A stretch of DNA of 63,464 nucleotides, counting the filler, from Folioceros fuciformis (taxonomy: Eukaryota), in NCBI GenBank assembly GCA_049999805.1. It is 7 parts of 7 records of this genome, joined end to end, with 100 filler letters (N's around TTAATTAATTAA, not from the genome) between each part and the next. Parts side by side here need not be neighbours in the genome. Positions count along the whole stretch, not along the records: positions 1 to 26,166 come from JBNGIO010005351.1; 6 more parts are not named here. One strand, written 5' to 3'. The translations under genes and the position numbers were made by a program. The notes beneath the pieces are model-generated. The model ran no database searches. It worked only from the letters and a program-made list of their open reading frames with translations, and was not told where the DNA came from. Of this stretch, positions 1-12,753 are shown in pieces (within the stretch, counting starts at the first letter, position 1; every line of letters starts with the position of its first letter).

Positions 1-470
1 GCAGACTCTTCTTCCACATCTTGCTTCTCGTTCTCTAACCATTTCCAACCACGTCTCTTCTTCTCTTTCTCATCCTCCTTCTCGTGCTTCTCATCCTCCT
101 TTTTCTCCTCCTTTTTCTCTTCCTTCTTCTCCTCCTTCTTACTTTCTCTCTTCTCCTCGTTCTTATCTTCATGCTTTTCCTCATTTTTCTCCTCCTTCTT
201 CTCTTCCTTCTTCTCCTCCTTCGAGCTTGCCGGCTTGAATGCAGACTCTTCTTCCACATCTTGCTTCTCGTTCTCTAACCATTTCCACCCTCTTCTCTTC
301 TTCTTCTCTTTCTCATCCTCCTTCTCGTGCTTCTCATCCTCCTTCTTCTCCTCCTTTTTCTCTTCCTTCTTCTCCTCCTTCTTACTCTCCCTCTTCTCCT
401 CATTCTTATCCTCATGCTTTTCCTCATTCTTCTCCTCCTTCTTCTCTTCCTTCTGCTCCTCCTTCTTGTA
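1..470. repeat. Coding tandem repeat, 240-bp (80-aa) unit with internal CTT/CTC low complexity
   Basis: gcagactcttcttccacatcttgcttctcgttctctaaccatttcca occurs at positions 1 and 241. Confidence 0.9.
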
Positions 471-1086
471 GTGCTTGGAACTGGCCACCTCGTGCTTGTA
501 TGTAGACTCCTCCACATCTTCTTCAACAGCCGTCTCCAGCTTCAAGAATCGAGGACTGGCAACCTTGTCGACGTAGACCGGACTGAAGCAGCGAATGTTT
601 CTCTCCTCGTCCTCCACCACAACAATCTTGGAAACCACTGGATTCTGCAAATTAAGCTTGGCGTCGTCGTAGCAACTCATCTGTTGGCCCCGTGCACCAG
701 TCGACAAGGACTGCCAGTCCCACAAGCACACACATTTCAATTCACAGCATCTAGTCACCCTGACTCCAAACCAGAAATCACAAGCCACGACATTGCACTA
801 CAGTATCCATCATAGACAATCTGCCGTCAACAAATTTCAATTCTTCCTCCAAAAGATGTTACCACTGCGGAGCTCCGTACAGCAGTCGCCACAACCTGCA
901 CAGAACACCATCACCGTACCGTCATCTCAAACTGCAACCCGATCAACTGGCGTCAAATCCACATCAAACCATTCGGAATCCACTTCAGCTCCAAAACCCG
1001 CACTGACAATCACTCACAGCAATCAGGAGCAGCCAGGCTCCCGCCATTGCCGCTCCCTTGAATGCCACAGGTCTGCAGGACACCAT
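1..1086 (-). CDS. Putative secreted Glu/Lys-rich tandem-repeat protein (3' end runs off the window)
   Basis: Manual splice model: exon 1086-1018 (MVSCRPVAFKGAAMAGAWLLLIA|gtgagt), exon 895-863 (VVATAVRSSAV|gtaaca), then an exon from 710 that is stop-free to position 1 (SLSTGARGQQMSCYDD...KKEEQKEEKKEEKNEEKHEDK...KKRRGWKWLENEKQDVEEESA). All introns are phase-0 GT-AG. The N-terminus is hydrophobic and signal-like. Confidence 0.65.
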
Positions 1087-1160
1087 CGCTCCACCGACTC
1101 TCCAACTCCTTCAAACCTCAACTACCCAATGCCGATGGTCTCATTGTGAGCTCGCCAGCG

Positions 1161-1170
1161 CCTTCTTATA
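1161..1170 (-). promoter_or_regulatory. Candidate TATA box of the E/K-rich gene
   Basis: TATAAGAAGG on the minus strand, about 80 nt upstream of ATG 1086. Confidence 0.35.
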
Positions 1171-2041
1171 CCGCCAGGCCTCAGCATCCTTCCCGCAGCA
1201 GCTCCGCCTGTCCACAAGCACCTGCAAGGCTCCCGCATCCCATTCGAGATTCACCAAAGAAGAAGGCTGCGCCTGGAGCCGGCAGTCCTTCAGGCCTCGG
1301 ACTGCCAAGCGCTTTCCAGGACGCCCCGTCCGACCCCGCTCAAACCTGGCCTTCCTTGCCGCCATTCGAGAAAACGTACCATCGTTTTTTCGCGGGAACT
1401 TGTCCAATAGCACTTTCCCCTGCTCCGTAACGACTGGGGAAGTTAGACGAATCCTCCTTTGCACAGGTTCTACTGAGGACAGCGTCGAGCATCAACCTTC
1501 ACGACCGGAATATTTTCATATGTTTATGAGCCATGTTAGTTGAGCAAACATGCACTTGTTTTATCTGTAAGAGAGTTCTGCCGAAACTGGGCCAAATCCA
1601 CAAATATTGTTTAGCCACGTTATGAATGGCAGCATTTTTTGTTCCATAGACAGAAACAAGACGTATTCTATAATATTATAATAAAATAATTTTTATAATT
1701 TTTAGTTTTATTTACTTTATTTCAATTATAAATATGATTAAAGATTATATATATATACATATATATAACATTGAATTCCAATGAGCTCTTGTCATGTCAT
1801 GTTCAAAGAGGAGATAAAAGATTTGCGACTTTTATGCTTATCTTGAACATAATAAAATCACCTTTCTAAGGAACAGCAAAGACCTTCATGACAAACCCTA
1901 ATTTAACCTTATTCTAATGCAGTGTTGATGGGGTTTGATTAAACATCTTATTATGAGATTTTATTTTAATATTTTTGAAAAATTATTATAAAAATCCATC
2001 TTGAAAAACTTCATTACAAAGAGTTATGTCAAAAGAGGAAC

Positions 2042-3619
2042 TATGGAATACCAATACGGTCAAGGGTTGTTTGATAGAATGTTTTGCCCCTTTCGTACGG
2101 TCCAAATGTTTGGGCATCACAAACCTGCCCACATCGTTAGTCGGTAGCCATTTGGGCGTCCCGATAGAGACAATTCAGCGTGTACTAAGGGTTTTCCTAA
2201 ACTTTTGAGCAGCTGTCAGATGTTTTTCTTTCTGACACGTCCGTGTCCCATACGCTGGAAGCTCGCAAGACCTAGCTGTGGAAGGGAAGAACGCCGTGTT
2301 TTGCAAATGGAGCTCGATGCGGTGGAGGCGAGTATTGCGAGACACATAGCAATTGGCGAAGGAGGGTCCCTGGGGGACCGCAGCAGTGGTGGAGGCAGGA
2401 TGGCTAGGGAGGGCGGGGGGGTGTTGTGGATCGAAGTTCCAGGTCCAGCATCCCGCCAACAAGGAGGGTGCGGACGTGGGGGGGGCGCGAGCTCTCCTAC
2501 TCTGAGCTGTGCTCCTCTGAAGAGGAGGAGGATGACACTCCTGTGAGTCCACGGCAAGGTGCCGCTCGTGGCAGATAAGGGCGACGCACAACAAAAGGAG
2601 GCAGCAACAGAGGCAATGTCACGGACACCCTAGTGGACACGGTGCATGCTTTGCACAACAGCCTAGGCTTGGTGGAGTCCCTAGAATTTGTGCAAGCTGA
2701 GGGCAAACATACATGACTGTGCAGCAGATGTGGATGCTGCCTCTCTTGCTAGGGATCGCGAGGTTTAGGGATGCATGTGGCGTGGAGGGTCTGGAGGTGT
2801 AGGCAGGTTAGAGGCACTAGCCTTGGTGCTACAGAGATGGTGAACCTTTGGAGTTTTTCCTCAATCTACTGCTGATAGACTGATATTGTAGCAGCAGCGC
2901 TGGTAGTCTGCAAATGTTTTGTGGAAGGTTCTGTAGGTTGCCTTCTTGCCTCTGTGGTCCAGTTTAGTGAACTTGATGTTTTTGTGAACCCTGTAAGAAC
3001 AAATGTAATTGCTGCTGCTGTGGCTTCTTTTACCTGCAATTCTTAAGCTATCATTTGCAGTAGAACGAGCAACCTCAAGCTGCAGTATGATGGAAATGCA
3101 GGCTTGAAAATGATTGTTCAGTGGGGATGGTAGAGGCCTGAAATCCTTGGACATCTCGAAACTCGTGAGAGTTTTTCCATGCATGAAGTGGATTTTGAGA
3201 AGCACCTGAAGCAGAAAGTTTGTGTTGGTAGTTTCGCAAGAAAGACCATATGAGGCTGGTTCCGTAGGAATGCAGGATCTAGGTTTTTCAAGTAGATGCA
3301 CATTAGATTGAATGGGGTAGTTGTATAAAGGAACCGTGTTGCTGCAGTAAGTGTGTCAATGTGCACGTTGTGGACTAGACCCAAACCCGAAACTGTAAAC
3401 AACCCCTCTGAAACACTACCAAACCCTAACCCCCTCGAACCTCGAACCCTAACCCCCTCGGAAAAACAGTACCTCTACGGTGTATAGGTACGTCCCATGA
3501 CGTGGTTATGTTCCGTACGAGAATTTGTGGTAGATTTTACCATATATTCCCGTATAAAATATGTATACCAGAAAAAAAAATAATTGGTATCTAGGGTGTG
3601 TCCGAATTGGTATTCCATA
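2042..3619. mobile_element. Non-autonomous TIR DNA transposon, 1578 bp, 21-bp TIRs, 6-bp TSD AGGAAC (IS3EU-like termini)
   Basis: Left end TATGGAATACCAATACGGTCA (2042-2062) matches the reverse-complemented right end TATGGAATACCAATTCGGACA (3619-3599) at 19/21. AGGAAC sits at 2036-2041 and 3620-3625. No recognisable transposase inside. Confidence 0.8.
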
Positions 3620-3965
3620 AGGAACAACCACTTACATAGGTTAAGTAGTTTCAAAATATTTGATTATTTCTTATTATTAAAAAAATATAGAAAGTCTTAT
3701 TACTCCAATGATAAGGAAAAATCCAAACATTTCAAACATAGGAGGAACAACTTGAGAGTTCATGTAGACATGTTCTTCCTTTGTCAAAGGAGATCAAAGC
3801 AACAGCAAATAGCTTCTATTTACCTCTCCGTTCGAAACTGGAAAGATAATATGATGAATTGATTAAATATGTAATTTCTGTAAATAAAAAAAATGTAAAA
3901 AAAATTTTTATGTAAGAGAAAAGAAATTCCCAGCTACTGGGATGGGGTGGAGGGAGTATGGTGCT

Positions 3966-6630
3966 TCACACTGCGGGATGGTGGGCAGTGGTGTATTGGG
4001 GGGCCAGCCGGCGAGCTGGAGCTGGAGCAGGAACTTCTCTGGTTCTCTTGTACTGGTAGGACCTGGCAGCGATGAGGAAGAAGAAGGTGTTAGCAATGGA
4101 GATGACGGCAAGCAGGCCGTAGAAGTTCTCCAGGTTGCCTTGGTTGATGTTGAGAGGGAGCCAGCCCTGGTGGGATCCGGTTCTGGTGAGTTGACAGACG
4201 AGGGTGGTGAGGAACGATGTGAGGAAGTAGCCCACTCCCATGGCTGCACAGAAGAAGGCCTCCCCCGTGGACCTCATCTTGTCTGGCATCTCGTCGTAGA
4301 AGAACTCCATCTGCCCCACCAGGAAGAAGGCTTCGGTTATGCCCAGAATGCTCACTTGGGGAATCAGCCAGAAAGCACTCATGGGCAGGAGCATGGTTGG
4401 GCTCTCCAGCTGCTGCCCGACGGTGGCTGCTGCTATGGCCTTCCTCTTCACCTCCACCACACTGGCTGCCACCATGGCGAATACTGATGTCACCATGCCG
4501 ATCCCCATCCTCTGCAGCGTGGTGATGCCTCTTGGGTTCCCTGCATCGTGTGGTGGAGTGGTTAGAGGGTAGGGTGTGGTGGGAGTGAAGGTTTGAGATG
4601 GCACAGAAGGGCACAGGGTCTTGCAAATTCCCACACACGGTAGCAGAAGGTGAGGTTGTTGTTCATGACATGATCCGTGTCCTGGGTATTGTGTTTCTTA
4701 CCTGAGACGAGGCGGGTGAGGGGCACCAGGACAGGGTTGAAGAGGAGTAGGATGATGGCTGCTGTGATGACGGTGAAGATGCTGAAGGTGGCATGTGGGA
4801 TGGTGAAGCTCCCGATGTGGCGGTCCAGGGAGAGGGTCTGGACGACGGTGTAGCTGCTCACCTGGGCGAGGAGGCAGTAAGGGATGACGCTGGTGATCCA
4901 GATGGGGACGATTCTCAGCACCTGCTTCACCTCCTCCACTTGTGTCACAGGGCACAGCTTCCAGGGGCTTATGGGCATGATGCCTTCGTCCCTGAGGTGG
5001 ATGGTGCTTGCTTCCGTGACGATGGCTGCTCGGTCCAAGAACCTGCATTGAATGGGTCACGGATGTCAACAACAGTGAAGAATCTGATGCATTTCTTGTC
5101 GATCGGCATGCCCACATTGCTTGCGATGGAGTGATATCGATGTTGTGAACCTGAAGCTGGTGGTGTGGGGAAGCTGTCGTCTTCTCACGTCTGAGGTCAG
5201 ATACTTGTCCGGGATGACAAAGAGGCGGTGGTGGTGGTCAGGGAACGGCTCAGAACGCTTCCTCGTAGCAGCACAAACCACCTGTGCGATTCGAGTGACC
5301 CCGCTTCCGGCAGGCTTCTTGTACCTGTAAATCGGCGTGCCCAGAAAGAAGAACACCACACAGCCCAGAAATACAGCCCCAGGAATCCCGAATCCAACAG
5401 TTGTGCTCACGTTGTCCTGCCCAAGAAATTTCCGGAAGCTTCCAATGCTGAGATCACTTGCTACCTGGAGGCATCCATGCGCGTACGAATTCATGCAGAA
5501 AATTTACTGGTGATACCTGAACGTAGATGATCAACGTGAGCACGACCAAAGATCCCAGCTGCAGAGACAGGAAGAGGAGATTGAAGAAGAGAGGCCTCTC
5601 CCTCTTCTCTTCTAGGTGACAATCGTCGAATTGGTCTCCTCCAAACGAGGGTGTGCACGGCTTGATCCCTCCCGACCCGATGCAGATCATGTACAGCCCA
5701 GCATAGAAGACGGCCATGGATTTGCCCTGTGCTGGCCGGCAGGGCAGGGATGGCACACAAGGGGGAGGCTTCAGACTCTCCAGCGATGTCGACATGGATA
5801 GCACCAACATCCCCTGTCACCCACCCACACAATGATCCAAACATTTCAATCCTTGACATTCACGCTGGGTTCCCTAGAGAGATCGTGTGTACCACGAGCT
5901 TGCAAGACTGCATTGCTGCGTCCTGCATCCATCGAATCACCAGCCAGCTCTAGATCTTTACCCAGATGAGGACCAGCGAGGAGAGCCCCAGTGTTCGATA
6001 CCGCCCAAGGTACGAGTCAGCCAGGAATCCCCAGACCAAGGGCACCATGTACAAAGCTCCCATGAAGTTGGTGTAAGTTGTGGACGCCTTCTGGGAGCTC
6101 TGATGCAGCGACAGCAGCATGTAGGGCACCAGATTCGAGGCAACAGAGATGGAGGCAACAGCGTCTCCAAAATGCAGAACTGGGCACCAAGGACGATCCC
6201 AATCAATCACCACATGTACAGCAGCAGTGCTCGCAAACTGCAATCTCCAGGCCGGTGGACTTCCATGATATTCTGCAGAATCCCAACAAACTTACCGAAA
6301 ATGAACGGAGACGACTTCCATGTACCCGACTGGCTCCTCTCGGCAGGCAGCCCGGTCCAGTCCATGGACTGATCGTCTATGCACCGAACCGACAACTGAT
6401 CCTGCCATCACAAAAGCACGAATTCTTTCACCTCCAAATCGACTTCATCCACAGAACGGGCACTTCCTCCGTGCTTCTAATGTGCTTCCAACCGGTACGG
6501 GACCTGGGCTAGCAGTCCATACCTCCGGTGTCATGGTGTTGGACATGTCGATCTTGGTCCACTTGAACTGGGCCGCCGGGAGTACCGTCGTCCTGCAGCT
6601 CTCTGAAGCCTGGCAATGCGTGCCAGGCAT
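3966..6630 (-). CDS. NRT1/PTR family (NPF) transporter, copy A, multi-exon
   Basis: Exons encode GTWKSSPFIF, NLVPYM..NFMGALYMVPLVWGFLADSYLGRYRT, GGIKPCTPSFGGDQFD, YRYKKPAGS, WKLCPVTQVEEVK, GITTLQRMGIG, FWLIPQ, GQMEFFYDEMPDKMRS, GWLPLNINQGNLENFY. The start codon is uncertain. Confidence 0.93.
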
Positions 6631-7420
6631 ACACGAACCTGCTGCAAATTCCTGCACTCAGACAAAATGAAAGACCGCGCCGTCAGACAAATCCAGACCT
6701 CCCTATCTCAAACCAGGGAACCTGCCCTGCCCTGGACTGCAGTTCGTGTAACCTCCATCTCTTCTCGTCGCCCAACAATGTTTACCGTCTAACCACAAGA
6801 CCCACAATCCAATTCCCTCACTCCGTTGCGTGCTGTAAGACGCCACTTACAACCCACAACGCGTTCTGCACGCCAGACCTCCCTCTCTTCAACACAGGAT
6901 GCTTGCAAGGCACACAATCACTCACGTTCTCCACCTTCAAACATCGGTCCCCTTCCTTCAATCTTCTCAATGTCTGCCAGCTCCAAGACCCCCTCACACA
7001 CCATCAAGCTTTCTCCTTCTTTCTCCTTCCGTTTGCCAGGGTACAAACACCTCACCCGACTCTCCTTTCCCGTCCAGTCCAGTCCAGTCCCGTCCATTCT
7101 ACTCTCAACAACCGAGCACCACGACTCACCTTCTCCCCCTCCCCTTCCGAGCTTCAAGTCCCTGGAGCGTGGAAATCCCTGCTGCACGCGCACAGCATCT
7201 CCAGCCAGCTCCTTCGTCTCGGACCGGACACGATCCACGGAAAAACGCTGGGCAGCCAGCAGAGGTCGGAGACGTCTCAACTTGTTGCCTCACATGGCCA
7301 ACGGTCCGGGGACCTGTACATTCGCAATGCGGGAAGCTCGGAGCCGCAAGCTGGCCTCAGACCCACACTGGATTCTGGGTTCCAGCCCCAAAGAAGGCGG
7401 GAGAAGGGGGAGGACGAGGC

Positions 7421-7430
7421 CTTTTATAGC
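7421..7430 (-). promoter_or_regulatory. Candidate TATA box of NPF copy A (implies a long intron-containing 5' leader)
   Basis: GCTATAAAAG on the minus strand, followed by a pyrimidine-rich stretch and a gtgag donor near 7055. Confidence 0.35.
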
Positions 7431-7821
7431 CTTCTAGGGCATTCGGAGCCTTCGATTCCCATGTCGCTACGTACTTGCTGGGCCTGGTCCGCGCGATCCA
7501 GCCAGCGTCCCACGCTTCCTTGCCATTTCAAATGACGGCTACACGTACCATTATGATGTATTATATTTTGAATTATATAATCCAATTATCTAACACTGTA
7601 CGGAACTGCGTGGGGAAGAAAGGGGTTGTGAACGGAACGGGACGGAGATGTTTTGTCCCGGGACGAGGAAGATATGGAGCAGGTACCGAAACTTGGCAGC
7701 GCTGGGATGTTGAAGTCTCTGCATCACAGTAGAGAAATAGTGTTGGATAAATAATTCATGCGCGCATTTTTCTCTTTCTTCTTCGGTTTGTGCGTTCACT
7801 GGACACTTGGCGGGGCTGTAG

Positions 7822-10471
7822 CTAGCGCTGTGGAGTGACGGGAAGCCAGGGGCTGGAGCTACCGTCCGACTGCAACTGCGGGTTCTTGAGCAGCTGGACG
7901 TCGGAAGTTCTGGGAGCAGTGGCGATGGAAGACGTGGAATCGACGGAGTCCCGGGCTGGATCGAAGCGAACCGCCTCCAGCCGGGGGACGGAGTCCACCC
8001 TCTTGTAGGAGTAGAGCTTGGCGGCCAGCAGGAAGAAGGCGAGGTTGACGACGGACATGACGGCCAGGGTCCAGTAGAAGTTCTGGAGGTCGCCCCGGTT
8101 CAGGTTCTGCGCCAGCCAGCCCCCGTAGCTGCCGTGCCGGGTGGCGCGCGTCACCGTGGTCACCATGAAGCTGGAGATGAAGTAGCCCACGGAGACGCTG
8201 GAGCAGAAGAAGGCGGTGCCCATGGCTCGCATCCCGTCCGGCATCTCCTCGTAGAAGAAATCCAGCTGCCCGACGGAGAGAAACACCTCCGTTGCCCCCA
8301 GGAGCACCACCTGAGGGACCAGCCAGAAGGCGCTGATAGGCACGGGAAGCAGCGGGTTGTCCAGAAGGCTTGCCCGACGCGCCTGGTCTTTACGCTTGTT
8401 CTCGACCAGGGCGGCCGATATCATGGAGAAGATGGAGATGAAGAGCCCCACGGCCATTCGGGTCAGTGTGCTTATGCCCTTCGGGTTGCCTGCGCCATGA
8501 GCCAAACGAACGAGCAGGGTTTATTAGGGTTTTTCGACTTGTATGGGAGTGTGGAAGGGAAGACAAGCAAGCGTTGGAGGACGGAATGACAGATGCCAAG
8601 ACACACTCGTGAAGCACACAGCTCAGGAGATGGAAGACGATTTTGGTAGAGGACTGACTACGAAGCGTGGTGGAAACAGAGTTGGAAAGGAAGGTGGTGG
8701 TACCTGTGAATTTTCGGAGGAAGGGCATGAGCACTGGGTCGTAGATTGGGAGGAGTATGCTGGCGAAGATGAAGCTGAAGGCGCTGAAGGAGGCGTAGGG
8801 GACCTGGAAGTTGGGGCCCAAGTGGCGGTCCATGGTGATGCTCTGGATCACGGTGTAGCTGAAGATCTGGGCGAAGAGGCAGTACGGGATGATGGTGGTT
8901 AGCCAGATGGGTAGGACGTGGAGCACCCGCTTGGTTTCCTCTACTTGGGACACGGAGCACAGCTTCCATGGGCTCGTCGGTGTTCCGTCTGGGTTGAAGT
9001 CACCGCTTCTCACGACTGCTGCGTTGTCGAGAAACCTGCGACAGGAGGGACGTGAGGAGGAGGGGAAAGGGAGGTGGAAATGATGAGGACGGCAAGGGAT
9101 TGGGGAGGGGTGGTGGTCGATCTGACCTGAATCCGCGTGTGTGGGCGAGTTTTCTACCCTTCAGGGCTACGTTCTTGTCGGTGCTGTCGTAGAGGGCATT
9201 TGTGTCGGCAGGGCGGGTCACAAAGGCCTTTCGGAGGGACGCCACGAACACTTGGGCCATTCTGGTGAATCCGCTGCCTGCAGGCTTTTTGTGTCTGTAG
9301 AATGGTGTTCCTGCGAAGAAAATGAGGACGGTGATGACGAAGATGACGCTGGGGACTCCGAAGCCCCAAGTCCTGCCCTGGTTGTCCTGTAAGACAAGGC
9401 GTGCAGGAGGGGAAGCAGTGATCAATGTCGACATTGCAGAATTGTAGAGCGAAGCAGAGGTTTGAAGCTGTGTATGAGGTGATTCACTGGGGCAGTGGCC
9501 GTGGTGGATAGAAGAAAGTACCTGGATGTAGACGATGACGGTCAGGACAAGCAGGGAGCCAGCCTGCAAAGCCCAGAAGAGGAGGTTGAAGTACTTAGGC
9601 CTTTGGATCTTCTCTTCAGGAATGGACTCGTCGAACTGGTCACCACCCATGGATGGCACACAAGGCTTCACGCCAGCAGCTCCCACCGTCACCAGATAGA
9701 TGGCAGCGAAGAACACTGCTATGACCTTGCCGTGTGCTGGTTGGCAAGGCTGTGTCAGAGTTGGTGTGCACTCTTGGGGCTTCAGGGATGTGATGGCTGT
9801 TGATAGAGTGAGCAGTAAGAGCCCCTGCCATGATACAAAATTACGGCCTTTGAGATGGTCACCTCTGGCCGACACATTGTGCGCCCATGGATGAATCTTT
9901 AGAGGTCGTCCTTACCGCGGCGTAGATGACAGAGCCCACTGCAATGGTCCAATACCGGCCCAAGTAGGAGTCTGCAATGAATGCTCCGATGGTCGGAAGG
10001 ATGTAGGAAGTGCCCATGAAGTTCTGAAATGTCGTGGCGGCATACGCATTGCTTTGATGAAGGTTGATCACTAGATAGGGCACCAGGTTGAAGGCAATGG
10101 CCAAGTGCCCAACAGTATCTCCGAATTCTATGCCTGCATTTTTCAACAAGTGTTGCCAGGTTCAAACAAGAGCTGAAACACAGGTGAAGAACGGAGTCAC
10201 ATGAACCAGGTGAAAGCCATGGACAGGTCGTTGTGCAGTATTGAGCTCACCGAAGAAGAATGGAGCGGCTCTCCATGCCCCAGTCTTTTTTATGTCGGAA
10301 GGGGATCCTTTCAAATCATAAGATTCATCCCCTCTGATTTCTGTATGCGGCTCTGTGCTCAGCAGGTGACGGGGTGTCTCAGCCTGTTAAGAGACAAGGA
10401 AGGCAAGCAAGTGCTCAGAATTCAGGACAGCCTGCTCAGGCTCAGGATATTGGAAAGCAAGTACTGACCAT
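7822..10471 (-). CDS. NRT1/PTR family (NPF) transporter, copy B, multi-exon
   Basis: Exons encode KKTGAWRAAPFFF, NLVPYL..GAFIADSYLGRYWTI, GVKPCVPSMGGDQFDE, YRHKKPAGS, WKLCSVSQVEETK, GQLDFFYEEMPDGMRA, GWLAQNLNRGDLQNFY. The intron layout matches copy A. The inferred start is ATG|gtcagt at 10471. Confidence 0.93.
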
Positions 10472-12753
10472 CTTCGGGACCTCGACGCCCTGGAGTCTGA
10501 AGTCCTCAGTTCCTTCCCTTACGTCCTACCGAAACGCAAGACCAGAATCCATTTGCTGAGATTCATTCCGCACCCTTTCTTTCGAGAGAGCTCCACACCA
10601 TGGAAACAACGTCTTCTCTGTGCGAGAGAGTTATCAGGGGCATGACATGTGGCAGCCCAGGGCTTCACAGCCTGAAATTTTCATCGCAATATGCTCCTCG
10701 CTGTTCCCTGTCAGATTCAGTGGTGCCTTCCAAGGACTTCATGGGAAGCGACGGACACCAGAGGACAAAATGAGCTTTCGCTGTAGCTATCTTCCAACAA
10801 CGGCAGATATCTCACAAGCTGTTGGGAAGAATCAATCCAAAAGTCTCCTGAATACTAGTAAGATCCGACTCCGAGAAGAGAGGAATAGAAAGACTGCAAG
10901 AGCAAGAGCAGGACATAAAAAGCCAAATGCTATTTCCGATTATAAAATGGCGCACATAATAACGACTGTGAATGAGCGTCCGGTGGGGCAACCACGTCCG
11001 TTGTCCTTTAGTCTGTTGAACATGCTAGCAGTTGATCCCGTTCCTCGGCACATGCGCCGTGCCGGCAGCCGTGTGTCTCCTTCAGGGCCCGATCGACTGT
11101 CCGGCACGAATCATTCTAGAACGTTTCTGTCCCAATGCGAACAGCATTCGCTTTTTTCATCCATCCAGCTGGTGGGAAGACTTGCCGTCGATCGTGATGC
11201 GACGATCTTCCAAGGTTCAACTGATAAGAGCAACGGGCAACATAGCTGCAGCTGAGCGTGTGCTTGCAAGTCTCTATTCCTACAAGATACTTCAGATGCA
11301 AAGGCAACTCTGCCGTCTCGTCGCCACACAGCACCAATCAGACTATGCGCACTAGCGAAGAGCCTGATGAAACCTGAGACTCCCAGCGTGCCGGCTCGCA
11401 AGGTTGCACAATTCAAGCATCCGGCTCAAGATATGGCACGTTGTTGACACAATGCTGAGCAGCAATCGCTAACCTCACACCCGGAATGCCAGTAACGGCA
11501 TTGAATTCAGGAAATCCATAGTCTCCCGAAGATTACAACGAACGATGACGGATCAGACGAGAACTATCCAGTTACAACGAGCATGATGGCGGACCAGACG
11601 AGAACTATGCAGTAACGGCCTCTGAGTAGGCATGAAGCCACGAAGGCCCGTCCGACCGAGGTCACGAATCATGTTCCCTTGAAATTGTCAAGGCCATCGA
11701 GGCCTTGAAATTGGTAAGGACGCGGCCTTCAAGCTGCTTTGTGCATCCTGATGACCAGGCACCAGCAGATTCAATGCGATTTCCGGATGGCCAGTGCTAT
11801 CGGCTGAGTCCATCGTTTGCTCGTAAACGCAGGGTTACAATCCGAGGTCAGCCATCGTATTCTTTCGTTCAATCAAGACTGGGAATACCGGTGCAAATCA
11901 GTGCGAATTTCTTGCAGAATTCACAGGGTTTCCATCCTCTACTGTTGCTCTTGTACGCAGGGAGGCCGCGCAGTGCATGAAGGACTCGCCCGCGACAGAC
12001 TGGGGACTGTCTTCAGATCGGACAGGACCACAACCGGATCTCTTCTGTGGTCCTGACGGACACAGCAATGCTCGAGATACGTAGCAGCAGATTATTGTCC
12101 CTCCTCTCCGGGATAGAATTTTTTCGAGCAAGAGTAGTCCAAAGATGACGGCCGAACTTGTCACCTCCTTGGTGCTGATTTCGCGCGTCTTCGTAAGGTT
12201 CTCTCTCAACAGCAAGTAGACGCAAGGCTCTTTAGCCTACTGACGCAAGCCGAGAGCTGGCGTGCTTCGGAAGATGTCGACTCAGAGCTCTGTCCTGGAT
12301 GTCCTGCATCCATCACTCCACGGCTCTTTCCCAAGATCAATGTAGCCTTAAGCAGTGCTATATCTCAATCAGGATGAACATAAACCCACTCTTTGGAGGA
12401 ATAACTCGAGTAGGGCCAAAGGCCAAAAGGTTCTAGCCTCTTCCAACGTAGATAGCCTGTGGTGGCCTTAATGCAAGGAACAAGGCTCACGGAACTGCTG
12501 GCTGATATACACATTCGCCTCGGCTGGCCAGTAATGTTCTGTGCTGTAATGAACTAGGGCTATGACATACCAACATTGTACAGCTCATTATTTAAGCGCT
12601 ACCATCATCATAAGTAAGTACACTTGAGAGAATGCCAGAGGTCGTCTGGTACATAGAAATACAAGATCAAATAATAAATTGGACGAGCATTACAAGTGTA
12701 TCCTCCCTGTCAATTGTCAGGCGATGAAATATTCAACAGATCACTCCCGGAGC

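Noticed and set aside
35-815. Poly-Arg, poly-Leu and Ser/Phe ORFs in the track
   Set aside because: These are shadow frames of the E/K-rich minus-strand repeat.
3381-3460. Telomere-like AAACCCT motifs
   Set aside because: Few and degenerate, and located inside the transposon subterminus; not a telomeric array.
1566-3919. 9-bp direct repeat tgtaagaga as a possible Mutator TSD
   Set aside because: No TIRs inside the repeats, so it is likely chance in AT-rich DNA.
10620-12600. Several 60-210 aa ORFs and a ~40-bp duplication near 11533-11612
   Set aside because: No recognisable motifs or consistent splice model; likely intergenic or UTR.
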